Shown here: positions 61,742 to 64,000 of the stretch, in pieces
Position numbering within the stretch: the stretch's first letter is position 1
How the letters are laid out: each line of letters begins with the position of its first letter
Origin: the human T2T-CHM13v2.0 reference genome, Homo sapiens
DNA length: 64,000 bases
Strand: one strand, 5' to 3'
Assembly: GCF_009914755.1 (NCBI RefSeq)
Contig: NC_060940.1
Made by a program: the position numbers and the translations under genes
The notes under the pieces: model-generated
The model's input: the letters and a program-made list of their open reading frames with translations, nothing else
The model's database searches: none
Told to the model about the DNA's origin: nothing

Positions 61742-64000
61742 TGACCTTAGGTGATCCACCCGCCTCAGCCTCCCAAAGTGCTGGGATTACAGGCGTGAGC
61801 TACCGCATCCGGCCTGCTTCCCTTTCACTTTCCACGGCCCCACACTCTCATTTGCCAGTCCTTATAGATTCTACCTGTTTAATATCTCCCACCATCCCCA
61901 CCCTGCCCCCACTCCCCACCCCCACCAGTCTTCATGTCTGCTGCCTTAGATCAGGCCCTTACCACCCCCTGCTTAGATTGCTGCTGTGGCTTGTTAATTG
62001 AGGCAGGCCTCCTTCCAGACCATATCCCACTGGCTGTCGTAGGAACCTCTCTAAAATTCAAATCTAATCGCATCATGCTGTGACCTACAATGATTTTCAT
62101 AGCTTACAGATAAACTCCTTAGCTTAACCCTTAAGCTTCTTAACGTCCCATCTCTGTTTACTTTTCTTAGTTCACAACATACCATTCACCCAAATCATCC
62201 TAATGGCAACCATTTATTGAGCTGCTGTTTATGTGCCAGGCATTGTGCTAGGTGCATTACTTCTCATTTAAGCCTCACAGCAACAGATGAGGAAATTGAG
62301 GCTTAGAAAGGTTAGGAAACTTGCCCAAAGTAAGCGGCAGGGTCGGCTTCAAACTCAAGTCTGTTTTGACTCTCAAGTTCAAACCCCTGAAGAAGACACC
62401 AGCATGGTTTTAAAGCATGGACTGGGAGCACCTACATCAAAATCTCCTGGATACATGTTAAAATGCAGCTTCCTGGCCGGGCGTGGTAGCTCAAGCCTGT
62501 AATCCTAGCACATTAGGAGACCGACGGGGCTGGATTGCCTGAGCTCAGGAGTTCGAGACCAGCCTGGCCAACATGGTGAAACCCCATCTCTACTAAAATA
62601 AAATTTAAACAAATTAGCCAGGCATGGCAGTGTGCACCTGTAGTCCCAGCTACTCAGGAGGCTGAGGCAGGAGAATCACTTGAACCTGGGAGGAGGAGGT
62701 TGCACTGAGCCGAGATCATGCCATTGCCCTCCAGCCTGGGTGACAGAGTGAGACTCTTGTTTCAAAAAAAAAAAAAAAAGCAGCTTCCTTGGCTCCCCTT
62801 CCTGCCCTGATGGGCCAGACTCCTTGGGGGTGAGTCTTTGAGTTCTGCATTTTAAACAAGCACTTCGGTACCACTGTTGTGTTGTGTACTTGGAGTCACA
62901 CAAAACTATTCCTCCAGTGCACCATACTATTCCTCTCCATGCCTTTCCACAAGCTTTGTCTCTTCCTGGAACATCCCTACCTTCTCATTTATCTCTCTAG
63001 ACTCAGTCCACGTGGCCCCTCTTCTGGAAAGCCTTCTGTAATTCCTCAGGCCAATTTCAAAGCCCCTTCTTTCCTCTCCTCTAGGCTGTGGTTGAAGCCC
63101 TCTACAGCAATACTTTCACTTATCATAACCCCTGGTTTATCATTCATCCCCTCTCTGGAACATAAGCTCCTCTGCCCTGTTCATGTGGCTCTCCAGCAGC
63201 CTGGTACAACCTCCCACTATAGTATATGCCTGTCAAATGTTCGTCTGATTCACTCCCAGCGTCATCTTCCTGTTCCATCCCCTTCCAATAAGCTACTGTG
63301 GGTCAATGCTACATTTTTGTTGTTGGGTTTTTTTTTGTTTTTTGTTTTTGAGTCAGAGTCTGGCTCTGTCACCCAGGCTGCAGTGCAGTGGTGCGATCTC
63401 GGCTCACTGCAAGCTCCGCCTCCTGGATTCACGCCATTCTCCTGCCTCAGCGTCCTGAGTAGCTGGGACTACAGGTGCCCGCCACCACACCCGGCTAATT
63501 TTGTTTTTGTATTTTTAGTAGAGAGGGGGTTTCACCATGTTAGCCAGGATGGTCTCAATCTCCTGACCTTGTGATCTGCCTGCCTCGGCCTCCCAAAGTG
63601 CTGGGATTACAGGCGCGATCCACCGTGCCCGGCCACCAGTCAATGCTACATTTTAATTGTTTCTATCAGGAACATGTTCAGCTGCAAATAGCAGAAAGCC
63701 CAACTCATAATGGCCTAAACAAAGATGGTTAATTATTCTCACATCCCAGAAGTTGAGGGGAGAGGGTTCACTTGTGGCACAGGGGCTCCACTCTGCCAAC
63801 AAGTTTCCGGGCTCCTTCTGCTCTGCCTCTCCTAAAATGTTGCCTTTGTTGTGTAAAACGAACAACAACTTTCACTTGTTCATAATGTTCATTTAATATG
63901 CATATAACATTAAATTCCCCTAATCAATTAATGCCATTTATAACCTTTGGTAATGGAAAGATTGTAAACATTTATACATTTAATATACCTGATTTAAAAA

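Overview
This is Alu-dense primate genomic DNA. I recognise it from the translated exons as the human VPS35L-KNOP1-IQCK locus (chr16p12). It holds (i) the last five coding exons and 3' UTR of VPS35L/C16orf62 on + (7975-39278, PAS 39906), (ii) the complete KNOP1/C16orf88 gene on - (CDS exons sum to 458 aa; an alternative 5' donor gives 518 aa), and (iii) the first coding exon of IQCK on +. KNOP1 and IQCK share a very compact CpG-island bidirectional promoter. The rest is intron filled with Alu, L1, MIR, MaLR/ERV LTR and DNA-transposon relics, and nearly all ORFs in the supplied track are repeat artefacts. I find no convincing new multi-gene system. The best leads are: one palindromic CCATGG that is the IQCK start on + and a perfect-Kozak ATG in frame with KNOP1 on -; a MER85 piggyBac MITE with ATAA flanks just downstream of the KNOP1 stop; a long inverted-Alu KNOP1 3' UTR converging on VPS35L; a possible alternative VPS35L last exon; and a tandem array of STAT/GAS-type motifs in a VPS35L intron. 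Repeat family names come from memory of consensus sequences, not from a search, and repeat boundaries are approximate.
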